Shown here: positions 13,150 to 26,751 of the stretch, piece after piece
How positions within the stretch are numbered: position 1 is the stretch's first letter
How the letters are laid out: each line of letters starts with the position of its first letter
Source: Octopus sinensis
Taxonomy: Eukaryota
DNA: 64,000 nucleotides
Assembly (NCBI RefSeq): GCF_006345805.1
Contig: NC_042999.1
Coordinates: 95,666,001 to 95,730,000, forward strand
Direction of reading: 5' to 3'
Position numbers and translations under genes: made by a program
Notes under the pieces: model-generated
Seen by the model: the letters and a program-made list of their open reading frames with translations, nothing else
Databases searched by the model: none
What the model was told of the DNA's origin: nothing

Positions 13150-13380
13150 CAGATTCAAGTTTATTAAAAGTACATTTGGCCTTTAAGATATAACAATATC
13201 AGAAACTGTAAAATTATTTGGAAGATAATAGAACATGCCAAGCCATATGATCAAGGTGATGATGGCTGTGATCTTTGTCATTCATGGAAAATGACTATTG
13301 CTCCATAGGAATTCTGTCTTAAATACTCGTTTAGAGCTAACATATTTTTGGTATCATAGTTCAAAATATTTGTTGATATA
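13150..13380 (+). mobile_element. Penelope-like GIY-YIG C-terminal fragment
   Basis: Encodes IIWKIIEHAKPYDQGDDGCDLC-like sequence followed by LNTRLEL, matching W.I...Y...C.LC...LN.R.EL. Confidence 0.55.
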
Positions 13381-13907
13381 TATTAAAATGTCTAATAGCT
13401 GAACACCAGATAACTTTTTATTGCACTGATACTTGCCCCAAATAAGTCAAATATTTTCTTTTGTTTGTATACATTTCATGTTGAATGATTTGTTGTCATA
13501 AATCAGAATTTTTCATATTGAAATATTTCAAAATGCTTAGTGCATGAATGTTAAAGAACCTTGTATTATGTTGTTACACATTCTAACCAAATCAGAAGAT
13601 TTTTCTATTGTCAATGTACATATTCAACATTATTCATTTCATGTATAAATATGAGATGGATTGAGTCATTTTATTACTTTTGAATCAGTAAAATGTGAAC
13701 CTCAGAATTGCAATTTAAAGGTTTCAGCTTCAAATAAATTTTATATTATTCTATATTTTATTGAATTTATTTTTCTTCTGCACTGTTTTATATTGTTGTA
13801 TATTTCCATTATACTTCTCTCTTTCTCTCTTCTCATATATGCATGCATATACTTTATGTGTGTGCTCAGGTATGTGAAGATACATGTACATTACACATAT
13901 AAATATA

Positions 13908-13941
<34 letters not shown>

Positions 13942-14689
13942 CATGTGTGTATATATACATATGCAAACATAAGTTTGTATGCATGTATACACACATACGT
14001 ACATATGTATACATAGAGAGAGAGAGAGGAAGGGAGGGAGGGAAATACAGAGATAGACTAATAGATAGATATATATGTTTTATGTATGCGCAGCTGTATG
14101 TGTAGATATTTATAAATGTATATATATATTAATTAACACATTCAACCTCAACTGGATGTGTTATTTATAGCAATTAAAATTGCAGTAAATGTCCCAAGAA
14201 ATAATTTCATTTAAACAACAAATGCTAAAAAGCACTTATTTCATCAGCACAGATAATTGGTTGATATTTCATGAGCACTGGCAGATAGTACTGTTGTATT
14301 ATTTGATTTCACTGTATGGATCATCAACAACAGTCAACCAAACACTGAATGTCAGACAAGAAATCAATTAAAATAATATAATTTAGCACTGGCTAAACAG
14401 TCAATGATGTCACAAAAAGCTGGAAAAAACAATAGAAGGGTCCAGTGAAATTGCTGTGGGGAATGGAATATCCAATGTTTGGGACTGAGTTCTTTGGCAA
14501 GTATGAGGAGAGAGAAGCACAAACTCATCCTCAATTTCCAAATCCTACTCTTTGACCCCACAGCCACTTCAATCTTTCCCACAGCACCTTTACTTATCTT
14601 TAAAAAATGGTAGGAATTTTAGCTGCATCCTAGTTAGTAGTTCTGTACACAAAAACCAAACATTTTTAAGTGCAGTCATTGACAGTATG

Positions 14690-15580
14690 GCACCTGCCTC
14701 TACATGAACAATACTACAACAAACACTGGGCCTAAGTTTCAGTATCTCATTACTCAAAACTTTTGTTCCTCATCTTCCAAACTCATATACTGTATCATCT
14801 GCTAACTTTGCAGTGCTCTTTGTATTGGAGAAAGAGACTATCACTTTGTCAATCACTTTCAAGAGTAGATTCAAAGCACACTGTTACATAAGCCTGGCCA
14901 ATCTGTTGTCACCTACTTCAACATAACAGGCCATTCCATTACCCACTTATCAATGTGTGATACTTCCACACTGATAGATCTGCATGCTCAAGGAAATGGA
15001 AAAATGTTACATTTTTGAACTGATACCATGTCAAATGAACGGTTTTCTTTCTACTCCCACACCTCAATGTTCAGCAGTCACATTCTTATCTCTAAAATCT
15101 TATAAATTACCTCGTCATTTGTTTGGTTTCAGATATCAGGTCACTACAACAGAATGTAATGAAGTGTTTTCTGGGTGATCTATTGCAGTTAGACATACAA
15201 AGATGCATGAAACACCCAATGCTGAGTTCCAAATAACTGCAATAATAAAATGTACATACAAACTAATAACTTATACATACAAACTAATATCTTATAACTT
15301 CTGTTTATAATTATATAATATGTTACATATTTATCATATCATACCTTGATACTATGTAGACTAAGATCCCCGTTGACAGGCCACAGATATTTATAAAATG
15401 TTAAACACTTTCGGTATGTAAATTAGGGACTCCTTCATAGAGTAACTGCTGCATTTGTTGAGTATATAAACAGTTTGGCTGCTTGTTTCTCTGGAGAGTG
15501 TCAGAATGATGTGGATGCCTCTGATGAGAACCCAATAAGGTTTGAAAATTGATTAAGATTGTTCATAATTTTTTTCAGTC
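14690..15580 (+). mobile_element. Penelope-like GIY-YIG remnant plus downstream terminal region with a decayed hammerhead
   Basis: Translates SSSKLIYCIIC*LCSALCIGE...FQE*...PGQSVVTYFNITGHSITH (NVIYCI.C..C..LYIGET...F.EH...VA.HFN..GHS). CTGATGA-GAACC(CAATAA)GGTTT-GAAA lies at 15521-15547. Confidence 0.7.
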
Positions 15581-15626
15581 TGCAGAGAAATTACTAAAAT
15601 TTGCCCTGTTTATAATTATACCATGT

Positions 15627-15700
<74 letters not shown>

Positions 15701-16556
15701 ATAGATATATTGTTGTGGATGAGGAGTAATTTCGGTTTTAATGCCTTATCATTTAACACAGTCACTGGCTCAATTTCCACTCATTATTTTTCTTTCCTAA
15801 AATTTTCATTGCTTCTTGCAACCTCTTCAATAGTTGATCATTCTGTCTGTTATCGGAGCTGTGTTCTTTTTGTTTGTGCATCAGTGTGTTTGTGTATACA
15901 GATATGTATGTATGTATTCTGCATGTATGTATTATGTGTGTGTGTCTCCTTGTGCATGCCTGTGTGAGTGTGTCTATGTGTATGGATGTGTCCTTATGTG
16001 TGTGTGGAGTGTGTATCCGATCATGTGTTTCCATCTCCTTTTATGTATGTATGTAGGTATCTATCTATGTATATGTGTGCTTGTAAGTCCATATTACCTA
16101 TGTACCTATCTATCTACTTAGCTATATGTTTTGCTACATACCCATTTACCTACCTATATATATATCAATGTGTGTTGCAAGATGCCTGATGTGAAGTCAT
16201 GTGTTGAAACAGACATTGTTTTATTTCAAGATGGTCATTTTCATTTATTTATTTTCATTTTCGCCAAATAAGCATATGTGCTCTATATTTGTTCTTCACT
16301 AGTTTATTACTATTCTTATTTTTTTTTAAATTTTAACTTATGACCATTGGAGGTGTAGTTCCTTGTAAGTTTTCATCACTTTTTTGGTTTTCCTGTCCAT
16401 TTTCTCATGCTCATTCTTTGTCCACCTAACAACACCTGTGCCATATCACATTAAGGAAACAGCCCATATTTTCATTACCCTGATCTTGTTTCTTCTAATG
16501 ATCCCACTTCCCATAATTAATTTGGTTCTTCCTTCATTTCACTTTCCTTGATTTTG

Positions 16557-19112
16557 ATTATTATTATTTAATATGTCGCACAGTATCCAATATTGTGATA
16601 TTGTTGATTGAAGATATTGTGTCTACCAGATATTTGTACTGTCTGTCAAGTCACAACAAGGACCTCAGATAGACAGGACTTTACTTAATATACATGTAGT
16701 TCCAAGTAATGCTGATTTTTGTGATACGACTAGATTGTAAGGTATTTCTAAAGTTTCCAGATGTCTTTCAGGTTGGGTGGTATTGATCCCAATGCTCCAA
16801 TGACAGTAGGGGCAACCTTTATGTTTGACTCTTGTACTTGCCATATCTTGGCAATCTCAGTTCTCAGGCCTCCATATTTATCGATTTTTTTCCTCTTTCT
16901 TTCATATGTTGATTTCCTGGCACTGCCATGTCGATCAATATCATTAGGCACTCTTTTTTGTCCCTCCTAAAATACTTTGTCTGTCTGGAAGTCAAAACCC
17001 TAGAGGATTTTTGCCTTCCCCTTTTTGTCTATTACCTCTTCCAGTATATGTTGGTACCAAGCACCCATTACATCATACCCATACTTCTGGCATAGTAGCC
17101 AATGAATGTTTTGGGCCAGCTTGTCATGTCTGCACTTGTACTCTTTCTGCACAAGACTTTCACAAGCACTAACAATGTGAGTCACACTTTCGACCCTCTT
17201 CCCACATATTCTGCAGAAGTTTGTTGCACTTCTGTGGTATATATCTCTTTTCACTGAGTTGGCATTCAATGCCTGATCCTGGGCAGCGATGATTAGGCTT
17301 TCAGTATTTTTTTTTAGGTCAACCTTGCTGAGCTGCCTCCATGATGTTTCCTGATCTTTTATGTTGTTAGTTTCACGGTGGAAATGACCATGTAATTTCA
17401 TGCAGAGTAGGGTTTTTTTCTCTCTCAGCTGTTCATGATCAGAATTCATGAGCACTCTCAAGTCCACTTTTGGTAAATCCTTCTGGATTAGCAGCATACT
17501 GTAGCAGGTCTTGTTTTCTGTTTACCAAATATTCTGACATGTTTCTTCTTTGACTGTTGATGCACTCTCATATGCTAATCATCCCACGTTCACCTTTACC
17601 CCTCTTTATGTAGAGCCTCTGTACAGTCGCCTTAGGGTGGAGGGCACCATGCATTGTCATTGTCTTTCAGGTAGTTGGATCGAGTTGGTTAGTCTCCCTT
17701 GTGTCCATTTCAGGATGGGTGCACTATAGTAAATTATAGCAACAGTCCATATGTTGATGGCAGTCACAAGGTTCCTTTATATCATTTCTCTGTGTAAGAT
17801 ATTGTCCAGCACTAGGATCCCAAGGTACTTGTACCCATCATCATCCAGGTCTTCCATTCTCTCTCCATTTGGCACCTTCTATGCCCCTACAATCTGCTCT
17901 TTTCTCCTGTTTCAAAGTAAGTGCATGCTTCAAGATACCAAATAACATCCGTATATCCTTGATGCACACCTGTACAGTCTCATCCAGTCTCTCCATTTCA
18001 GGCTCTGTATTTGCGAACAGTTTTAAATCATCCATGAAGAGAAGGTGGTTGAGATGAGGTCCTTTCTTTTTCAACTCATAGTACACATTGATTTTACGTA
18101 GGACTACAGAAAGTGGGATTAGTACACACATTTTCTCAGCTATTCCACACACATCAAGTGTTTCTAAAATCCACGAATGCAGCAACATGTCATAAGAATT
18201 TTTTTAAAGTTTATCCAGGCCATACACAAGTTTTTTGTAAAAACCTTGTCTATCACAAGGTGGTTTTTTTGTGCTCTTGAATCCTTTTTGGCATCCGTTT
18301 TGTTCTACTAGAACTAGATTGTTTTCTACAAGGAACCTTTGTATTTTCCCTGCGAGGATGCCTGCTAACACTTTTCATAGGAGGTTAAGACAAGCAATGG
18401 GTCGGTAATTACCAACTCCATTGCCCTTTGACCAATCTTTAATCAACAATGTTGTCTTTCCCTCTAGAATCCACTCTGGAACTGCTCCACTCTGTAAGCA
18501 ATTGTCTAATTGCAATGCAATTTGCTTGTGTGTTGACCTAAAACACTTGAGCCAGTAACCTTGCATTCTGTCTGGTCCTGCCACTTTCCCGTTTGGCAGT
18601 TTTTTTACCAGTGCAATTTCATCCTCCGTTGTTATGCGTACATGGTCCTGTTGTGGAGCCTCCGAGTGATAGAGTTTGGATCTCACGGAATGAGTTCACT
18701 CAGTGCTGTGGTTGTGGGAAACTTCTTGCCCCCAGAGATTATTCCAAAACTGGTGGGTTTCCTCTGATTCAGGAGGTATATTATCTTCTGTATCTCCTCC
18801 TAAGCTCATAAAAAACTACCTCTGGTTATTTAAGAATAACTGGTTTTGCTGGAACAGCAATATATAATCAGTGTAGTGTTGCACCTTTAATGTTTTCGCC
18901 CACTCACATTTTAGGGTTCTGATAACAGTTTTGAAGTCTTTCTTTTCTATTTGGCATTTTGCATCAAGACATGTTCTTGCACCTTTATTAGCATTTTTCC
19001 ATTGCCCTTTGAACCATTCCTCTATGCAACTCAGATCTTTATGCAAAGTTTTAATATCACCTTCAATTCTCCACTTCCACCTCAGCTCATTATTATTGTT
19101 GTTAGGACACAT
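16557..19112 (-). mobile_element. R4/Dong-clade non-LTR retrotransposon (RT plus restriction-like endonuclease), 5'-truncated, frameshifted, with an internal deletion
   Basis: RT motifs: AGPDRMQGYWLK, GNYRPIACLN, HLLFMDDLKLFA. CCHC region: AAQDQAL...CRICGKRVESVTHIVSAC...RHD..A..IHW.LC. RLE end: KY..LR.EI..IW...P.VIGALGSIP and QKSALLGT..IL.KVLSI*. A short 3' UTR ends in (AAT)n. Confidence 0.92.
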
Positions 19113-19400
19113 GACCTAGTGATTAGAGTGTTGCACTCACCATTGTGAGATCATTGTTTCAATTCTTAGGCCAGGTGGTGTGTTGTGGCTCTTGAGCAAA
19201 ACACTTCATCTCATGTTGCTTTGCGATCAGTTAGACACCTGACACATGGTACACCATGCAGCTGTTCAGACAATGTTGATTTGATGGAGAGAGTGAGTTA
19301 ATGTGTGGCAGAAACATTTGATCACTATAAACAAATCATTTGTGCAGGCCATTCAGCAAAAAGCTGAATGCTCACACATTGTCTTTGATGGGAGTGTCCA
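19106..19400 (+). mobile_element. tRNA-derived SINE (decayed)
   Basis: A-box-like TGACCTAGTGATT and B-box-like GTTTCAATTCTT, then GTGTTGTGGCTCTTGAGCAAAACACTTCATCTCATGTTGCT. A related tail (GAAACATTTGATCACTATAAACAAATC) also occurs at about 40440-40480. Confidence 0.65.
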
Positions 19401-21235
19401 TTGTAAATATATATATATACATATATAATGTGTATATATAATGTATCTGTATATTTATAAGTATATATATGTATATATGTGTGTGTTTGTGTACATATAT
19501 ATATATATATGTGTGTGTGTAATAGTAAGCACTTGGTTATAAATACATAGGTACACATCCAGTTGTATATTGGATATTTAATATCCCTTAGTTGGTTTCT
19601 TAACCTCTAAGTCATACAGACATATACGTATGTATGTATACACACACACACACACATATGTATGTATATATAGGTATATATATCTACAGATATGTATATA
19701 TAAGGTAAATGTATAGGGATGAATTATCCAGGTGAGCACTGCAGTAACTCTTAGTTATATTCCAGGTTATGGCTAACTGCATCAAGTAGTAATAAGTGCA
19801 AATGATTGCTTAGTGTTAGCAATCCTGCTGTAATTCTTCTGATGGGTAACTCTGGATTCACTTCTCTGGATCATGGATAGTATCAAGAATGTAGATTTCA
19901 AACAATTATAAAGAATACAGAGACTGGTATGTTATCAAAGTTTTCCCTTAATTTTACAGTTGGTCATACTGCATAATTAGTTGGTCTAAATGATGTACAC
20001 ATTTTTCTGCTGCACAGAATATGAGCAGTTGCACATACAACCCAGCATAATCTTATGTGCACCTTTATTCAGGGTCCTTCAACAAGTGTGGTTGAAAGTG
20101 AAAATCCAATATGGCTACAAAGTTTATTCTTAGGATGACCTCAGCTTAACATCAGTGCCAGGGTTGAAATTGGGAGTTTAATTTGTACTATAATGGGAAA
20201 AGCTGCTTATTAATTAGGTATGTAACAATAAGTACTAAAAGAAAGCAATTATCAAAGGGTTGACCATCTGGAAATATTTTTATAAATTCATGTTCTAAGA
20301 AATTTCCTATAATTCTGATTTCTGAAGTTTATTGAATTTTTTTCATGGCATTCACTGTGTCCACTTCTTCACAAATCTAAATATCCATTGCATTCACTGC
20401 ATAGTATTCCATTTTTATTTGCAAAGTCTCACTTTCTCTTTTAATGTTTGCATTTCAAGTTTTAATTCGCTATTTGAAAGACTGACAGTTTATTCTTTTA
20501 ATATATATGTAAAAACATTATTTAATGAATGAGAATTTTAAAAAATACACGGATAATTTTTGTAAAAAAAGATTAAAAGTAATTTTGTTGTTATGGCGGT
20601 TTGGAATGCTATAAGCCTTACAATAATTTTCCTTTTTTACTTAAAAAGCATAGGAGGAGCCTTTTCAGTTTAAAAACAAAAATCCTGAACAAATTGTAAA
20701 TATTTTCAGAAGAAATGGTGAACAATTCAAGGGAGGTTTCACTGTTGCTTCTAGCACAATCTAACCACTCCCCTTTCACTCTCACATATATTGGCGTTTT
20801 TTTTTCAATATTTTTTCTCCCATTAAACACATTTTATGGAATGATGATGCCAAAGTAACACACGTGTTGTCCATTGGTGGGAAAAAACAACAAAATATAC
20901 TGTAATCTAAATTTTTAGTCCCACTGTCGCTTTGAAATCACAGTCTGTTCTCTGACAAAACTTCGTGCTGCATCACTTTTGTCAGTGAACAGGTGGTTTC
21001 AAAGCAACAAAAATATTTTGACACATATGCAATTTAAATGTTGAAGTGAAACTGTTTTTTTGTGGTCTTGAATGGCTTACAAACATCTTCCATGCTGCAA
21101 TTGTTTTTGTTTCAGCACCCAATCTTAGATCAAGTCACTTGCTTTGCAAGTACATTTCCATGATCTTTTTAAATCACTGTGGATATTATCAAGTGGCTAG
21201 CAGAAAACCACTTATATATATATTTCAATTAGGTC

Positions 21236-21400
21236 AAAGTATATTTTAGCCACTCTCTGCTTCAAGACAACTCTGGAATCTGACACATGCATTCCTTACT
21301 GTGTACTTGGGAAGATCTTCAAATACCTCTTTGATCTAAGGCAGAGCAGCTGGTGTCTTTAACAACTGCGCCCCTGATGTTTGAAGATATATTCTGCCCC
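21236..21400 (-). mobile_element. Tc1/mariner transposase C-terminal remnant
   Basis: Minus translation gives GAVVKDTSCSA...IKEVFEDLPKYTVRNACVRFQSCLEAESG, resembling the Tc1-type C-terminus (WGAVE...L...V..AC.RF.SRLEAV...GG). Confidence 0.55.
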
Positions 21401-21699
21401 TGAACATCTGTTGGGATTCACATGTCCTATTTTGCCCACAAGTCCTATGATACTGAATCAAACTGTTATTAAATACATGTAACCCCTACCAAATGTGTTG
21501 AATACTACTTTCTTTCATTTGTTCACTCACTTATATAGATGTACTGTATGCACTCACACACACATATGCATATCTCAAATCCTCTTTTAACACCACCACA
21601 TGGCCCGCTGGTGTTTCAGTGACATTTCCTTCATAGGAAGCATTTGAATTAGGCTTCCAATGGGGGTTACCATAATTCATCCAAGTCATCCATACACTG

Positions 21700-21860
21700 T
21701 CATCTTTTACACTTCTCTATATTACTGAAAATTTAACAAATCTCTCTGGTCAATTTTCCTTCCTATATTCTAACATCCATGAGGTTCATTTTGACATAGA
21801 TCCCATGCATCACATCTGTCTCTCTTGCAAACACCTCATCATGTTTCTCTCTGGGGCACA
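21700..21860 (-). mobile_element. RTE LINE 3' coding remnant
   Basis: Similar to the RT C-terminal region of the RTE copy at 59000-59150 (plus strand CATCACATCTGTCTCTCTTGCA). Confidence 0.4.
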
Positions 21861-21937
21861 ATCTCTGCTTGTACAGCCTCAATCTGCTTTTATATATACA
21901 TACTTATATCAGTCTATCAGTTTGTTTGTCTGTCTAT

Positions 21938-21972
<35 letters not shown>

Positions 21973-23351
21973 AACACAAATATATATAGCTGAAAAGATT
22001 TTTTTAATATAAAAATTTATTAATTATATTAAAGTATCTCAGAAACAAACAGGTGTTAACCTGCTTTTAAGAAAGATTTTTATATAATTAATAAATTTTT
22101 AATTTATCACTTTTTTTTCAAGCATAGTGACTATGTCAAGGAATTTTTCTTCAATCTTTTACACACACACATGTATGTTTATATAGATGTGCATGTATAT
22201 GTATGTAAGCATATATGTATATTTATATGTTCACAGATACATATAATGTATATGCATGCATACATATACATCTCTATGTGTACACATATATGTAGAGAAA
22301 TGGATAGATAGGAATGTGTGACAAAGAGAAATTGTGAAAAACTGCCTCCTCTAGAGTGTTATGTAAACTAAAGGGTTTGTGTTTGAATTTTCATTTATAA
22401 TTTAATAGTATTTTCTAAAATTTTTCTCACACAACTGGAATAATTTTCAGTGGTAAATATATAAGTATGCATTTCATAGCATTAAGTTGGAGTTTTGAAT
22501 AGAACTCCAGAAAATGTTCTTACATTCAAATTATGATGACAGGTTTAATTTAAATATCAATTCTTTTGTTAAGTGAGTTGATATTAAATTAGTTAAATTT
22601 CCCATTTTTTTGAAGGACCTTAATGTTAAACATAAACTACTGAGAAAAAAATCCTGAAAGATTTTTGATCTAGAGGGAAATTCTATGGGAAATTATTTTT
22701 GCAGTTGCTACTTGACTCCTAAGTGAAATTAATTAAATTTCCCTTTCACAAAGTATAAAAGAATAAACACACATGCACCTCTCTCCCATACACACATGCA
22801 TGCACTCATACACTTGTCTGTGAGAACAGAATTGGTATAGAAAAAAATTTATAGCAGCAGTAGTGTAGCAAAGTAAATAATATTGAAGAAACACTAATCA
22901 AAATTATTCAAGATGGAAATAATCTATCCGTTTTGCTTAGAAGGGATAATGTGAAACTAAGTTAGATGTTTAAATTTGTAACTGTATATTTGCTAAGATA
23001 TTCTCATCATACATCTTTACGGTCTGATCCAAGAGCTTGTTTTCCAATAGAAAGGAATAAAAATGTCAAAAGATATTTGTTTTTGCTGCAGTAGCGACTG
23101 CAGTGGCTGCTACTGCTGCTGGTGATGATGATGACTATCATTATGATTAGAGTCCTATTATGAACTTGTGCCAGCAGTGACGCTAGTGTCACTGACATCA
23201 CTTAATAGATGATGGTCTTAACTTGTTGTCTGCTTACCTATAAGCTAAATTTGGTCAATATAGCTGCTAGAACTGTTTGTAATGAAGAATAAAATATCAC
23301 AAGTATTGTTTTTAGTTTAGAGTGAACACATTTAAGTTACTCATATACATG

Positions 23352-23384
<33 letters not shown>

Positions 23385-23569
23385 TCACATACAAATCAAT
23401 GTGTCAGAAACGAAGTGACAGACATAAAATGTCAGAGAGAGTTTGTGTATGGATATAAACAGTGGAGTTATCAGATTCATACTCATGAAAAAAGCTGGAG
23501 GGTTGATTGATATGACACTTGAGGTAGATGTAAATCAGTGACAAACAGGTGAAAAGATGTATTATTGGT

Positions 23570-23764
23570 AAATGTATATATATATATGTATATATATATG
23601 TATATATGTGTATATATATGTATATATATGTGTGTGTATATATATGTATATATATATATATGTGTATATATATATATATGTATGTATGTATATATATATG
23701 TATGTATATATGTATGTATATATATATGTATAACCACATGCTTTCATACACCAATTTTCTCACC

Positions 23765-23814
<50 letters not shown>

Positions 23815-24412
23815 TATATATATGTATATATGTATATATATATGTATGTATATATGTATATATATGTATGTATATATGTATATATATGTATGTATATATA
23901 TATGTATATATGTATATATATGTATATATGTATATATATGTATATATGTATATATATATGTATATATGTATATATATATGTATTATATATATATATATAT
24001 ATATATGTATATGTATATATATGTATATGTATATATATATGTATATATATATATATCATCATCATCATCATTTAACGTCCGCTTTCCATGCTAGCATGGG
24101 TTGGACGGTTCAACTGGGGTCTGGGGAGCCCGAAAGCTGCACCAGTCCAGTCAGATCTGGCAGTGTTTCTACAGCTGGATGCCCTTCCTAACGCCAACCA
24201 CTCCGAGAGTGTAGTGGGTGATTTTATGTGCCACCGACACAGGTGCCAGACGAGGCTGACAAACGGCCACGCTCGGATGGTGTTTTTTATGTGCCACCGA
24301 TATGTATATATATGTATATGTGTATATATATATATGTATATATGTATGTATATAATATATATATGTATATATATGTATATGTATATATATATTATATGTA
24401 TATATATGTATA

Positions 24413-24444
<32 letters not shown>

Positions 24445-24550
24445 GTATATATATGTATATGTATATATATATGTATATGTATATATATATATATGATATA
24501 TATGTATATGTATATAAATATATATGTATATATAGTATATATATATATGT

Positions 24551-24582
<32 letters not shown>

Positions 24583-24726
24583 GTATATATGTATATGTAT
24601 ATATATTATGTATATATGTATATGTATATATATATGTATATGTATATATATATATATGTATATATATGTATATATATAATATATATGTATATATGTATAT
24701 GTATATATATATATATGTATATGATA

Positions 24727-24763
<37 letters not shown>

Positions 24764-25171
24764 GTATATGTATATATATATGTGTATATATGTATATGTA
24801 TATATATATATGTATATATATGTATATGTATATAAATATATATGTATATATATGTATATGTATATATATATGTATATATATATATATATGTATAATGTAT
24901 ATATATATATATATGTATATATATGTATATGTATATATATATGTATATATATATATATATGTATATATATGTATATGTATATATATGTATATGTATATAT
25001 GTATATGTTATATATGTATATGTATATATATATATATGTATATATATATGTATGTATATATATATATATATGTATGTATATATTATATATATATGTATAT
25101 ATGTATATATATATATATGATATATATATATATATGTATATTATGTATGTATATATATATATATATATGTA

Positions 25172-25204
<33 letters not shown>

Positions 25205-25513
25205 ATATATATATATGTGTATATATATATGTATATATATATATGTATATATATATGTATATATATATATGTATATATATATATGTGTATATGTATATAT
25301 ATGTATATGTATGTATGTGTATATGTATATATGTATATGTATGTATGTGTATATGTATATATGTATATATATGTATGTATATATATATGTATGTGTATAT
25401 ATGTGTATATATATGTATATATATATGTATGTATATATATATGTATGTATATATATATGTATGTGTATATATATGTATGTGTATATATATGTATGTGTAT
25501 GTATATATGTATG

Positions 25514-25544
<31 letters not shown>

Positions 25545-25700
25545 GTATGTATATATGTATATATATATATATGTATGTATATATGTATATATATATATGT
25601 ATAATATATATATATAGTATGTATGTATATATATGTATATATGTATATATATATATGTATATATGTATATATGTGTATATGTATATGTATATATAGTATA

Positions 25701-25735
<35 letters not shown>

Positions 25736-26208
25736 ATATATATGTGTATATATGTATATGTATATGTATATGTGTATATGTATATGTATATGTATATATA
25801 TATGTGTATATATATGTGTATATATGTATGTGTATATATGTATATATATATATGTATATATATGTATATGTATATATATATATGTATATATATGTGTATA
25901 TATGTATGTGTATATATGTATATATATATGTATATATATGTATATATATATGTATATATATGTGTATATATGTATATGTATATATATATGTATATGTATA
26001 TATGTATATATATATATGTATATATATATATGTATACATATGTATATATATGTATACATATGTATATATATGTATATATATGTATATATATATGTATATA
26101 TATGTATATATATGTGTATATATATGTATATATATGTGTGTATATATATGTGTATATATATATGTGTATATATGTATATATATATGTGTATATATGTATG
26201 TGTATATA

Positions 26209-26239
<31 letters not shown>

Positions 26240-26260
26240 TCATATATATATATATATATT
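23570..26260. repeat. About 2.7-kb compound (TA)n/(TATG)n/(TGTA)n microsatellite array
   Basis: Almost pure alternating purine-pyrimidine sequence, interrupted only by an RTE tail copy at 24057-24300. It generates the spurious Y/I/M/C-rich ORFs of 200-555 aa. Confidence 0.98.
24057..24300 (-). mobile_element. 5'-truncated RTE 3'-tail copy
   Basis: Plus strand reads (CAT)n TTAACGTCCGCTTTCCATGCTAGCATGGGTTGGACGG...GCTGGATGCCCTTCCTAACGCCAACCACTCCGAGAGTG...GTGCCACCG. Matches the 3' end of the LINE at 58268-60790. Confidence 0.9.
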
Positions 26261-26422
26261 ATGCATGACTGAGGCATGTATATTATGTATATATTTACCT
26301 TATTTCCTTATCTATATACTTTATGCGTGTAACTACATATATTTTGTTTCTGTATATATCCATATATTTTATGTAATTATATACATGCAGATGTGTTTGT
26401 GCTTATACACATACACACACAG

Positions 26423-26587
26423 AAGCACCCATTACACTCTCGGAGTGGTTGGCATTAGGAAGGGTATCCAGCTGTAGAAAGCTTGCTAGACTATATTGGA
26501 GACAGATACAGCCTCCTGGCTTGCCAGTGCTCAGTCAAACCGTCCAATCCATGCCAGCATGGGAAGCAGACATTAAATGATGATGAT
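26423..26587 (+). mobile_element. RTE 3'-tail copy
   Basis: CACTCTCGGAGTGGTTGGCATTAGGAAGGGTATCCAGCTGTAGAAA...CATTAAATGATGATGAT. Other copies: 3377-3524(-), 26791-26889(-), 35061-35220(-), 39738-39915(+), 52178-52385(-), 53525-53880(+), 61258-61530(-), 61781-61940(-), 62609-62776(+). Confidence 0.85.
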
Positions 26588-26703
26588 TTTATATGTATGC
26601 ATGCATGCATATGTGTATTTATAAATAAATATATATGTATGTATGCATATATGTGTATATATAAATATATATATATATATGTATGTATGCATATATGTGT
26701 GTG

Positions 26704-26751
<48 letters not shown>

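Noticed and set aside
15441-15539. Plus-strand exon-like ORF VTAAFVEYINSLAACFSGECQNDVDASDENPI
   Set aside because: Weak splice sites, and it overlaps the hammerhead-bearing terminal region of a Penelope remnant.
23404-26477. Long ORFs of 200-555 aa rich in Y, I, M, C, H, T (also 33986-35228 and 61937-62680)
   Set aside because: They are translations of TA/TG dinucleotide arrays, which cannot produce stop codons in most frames. Not genes.
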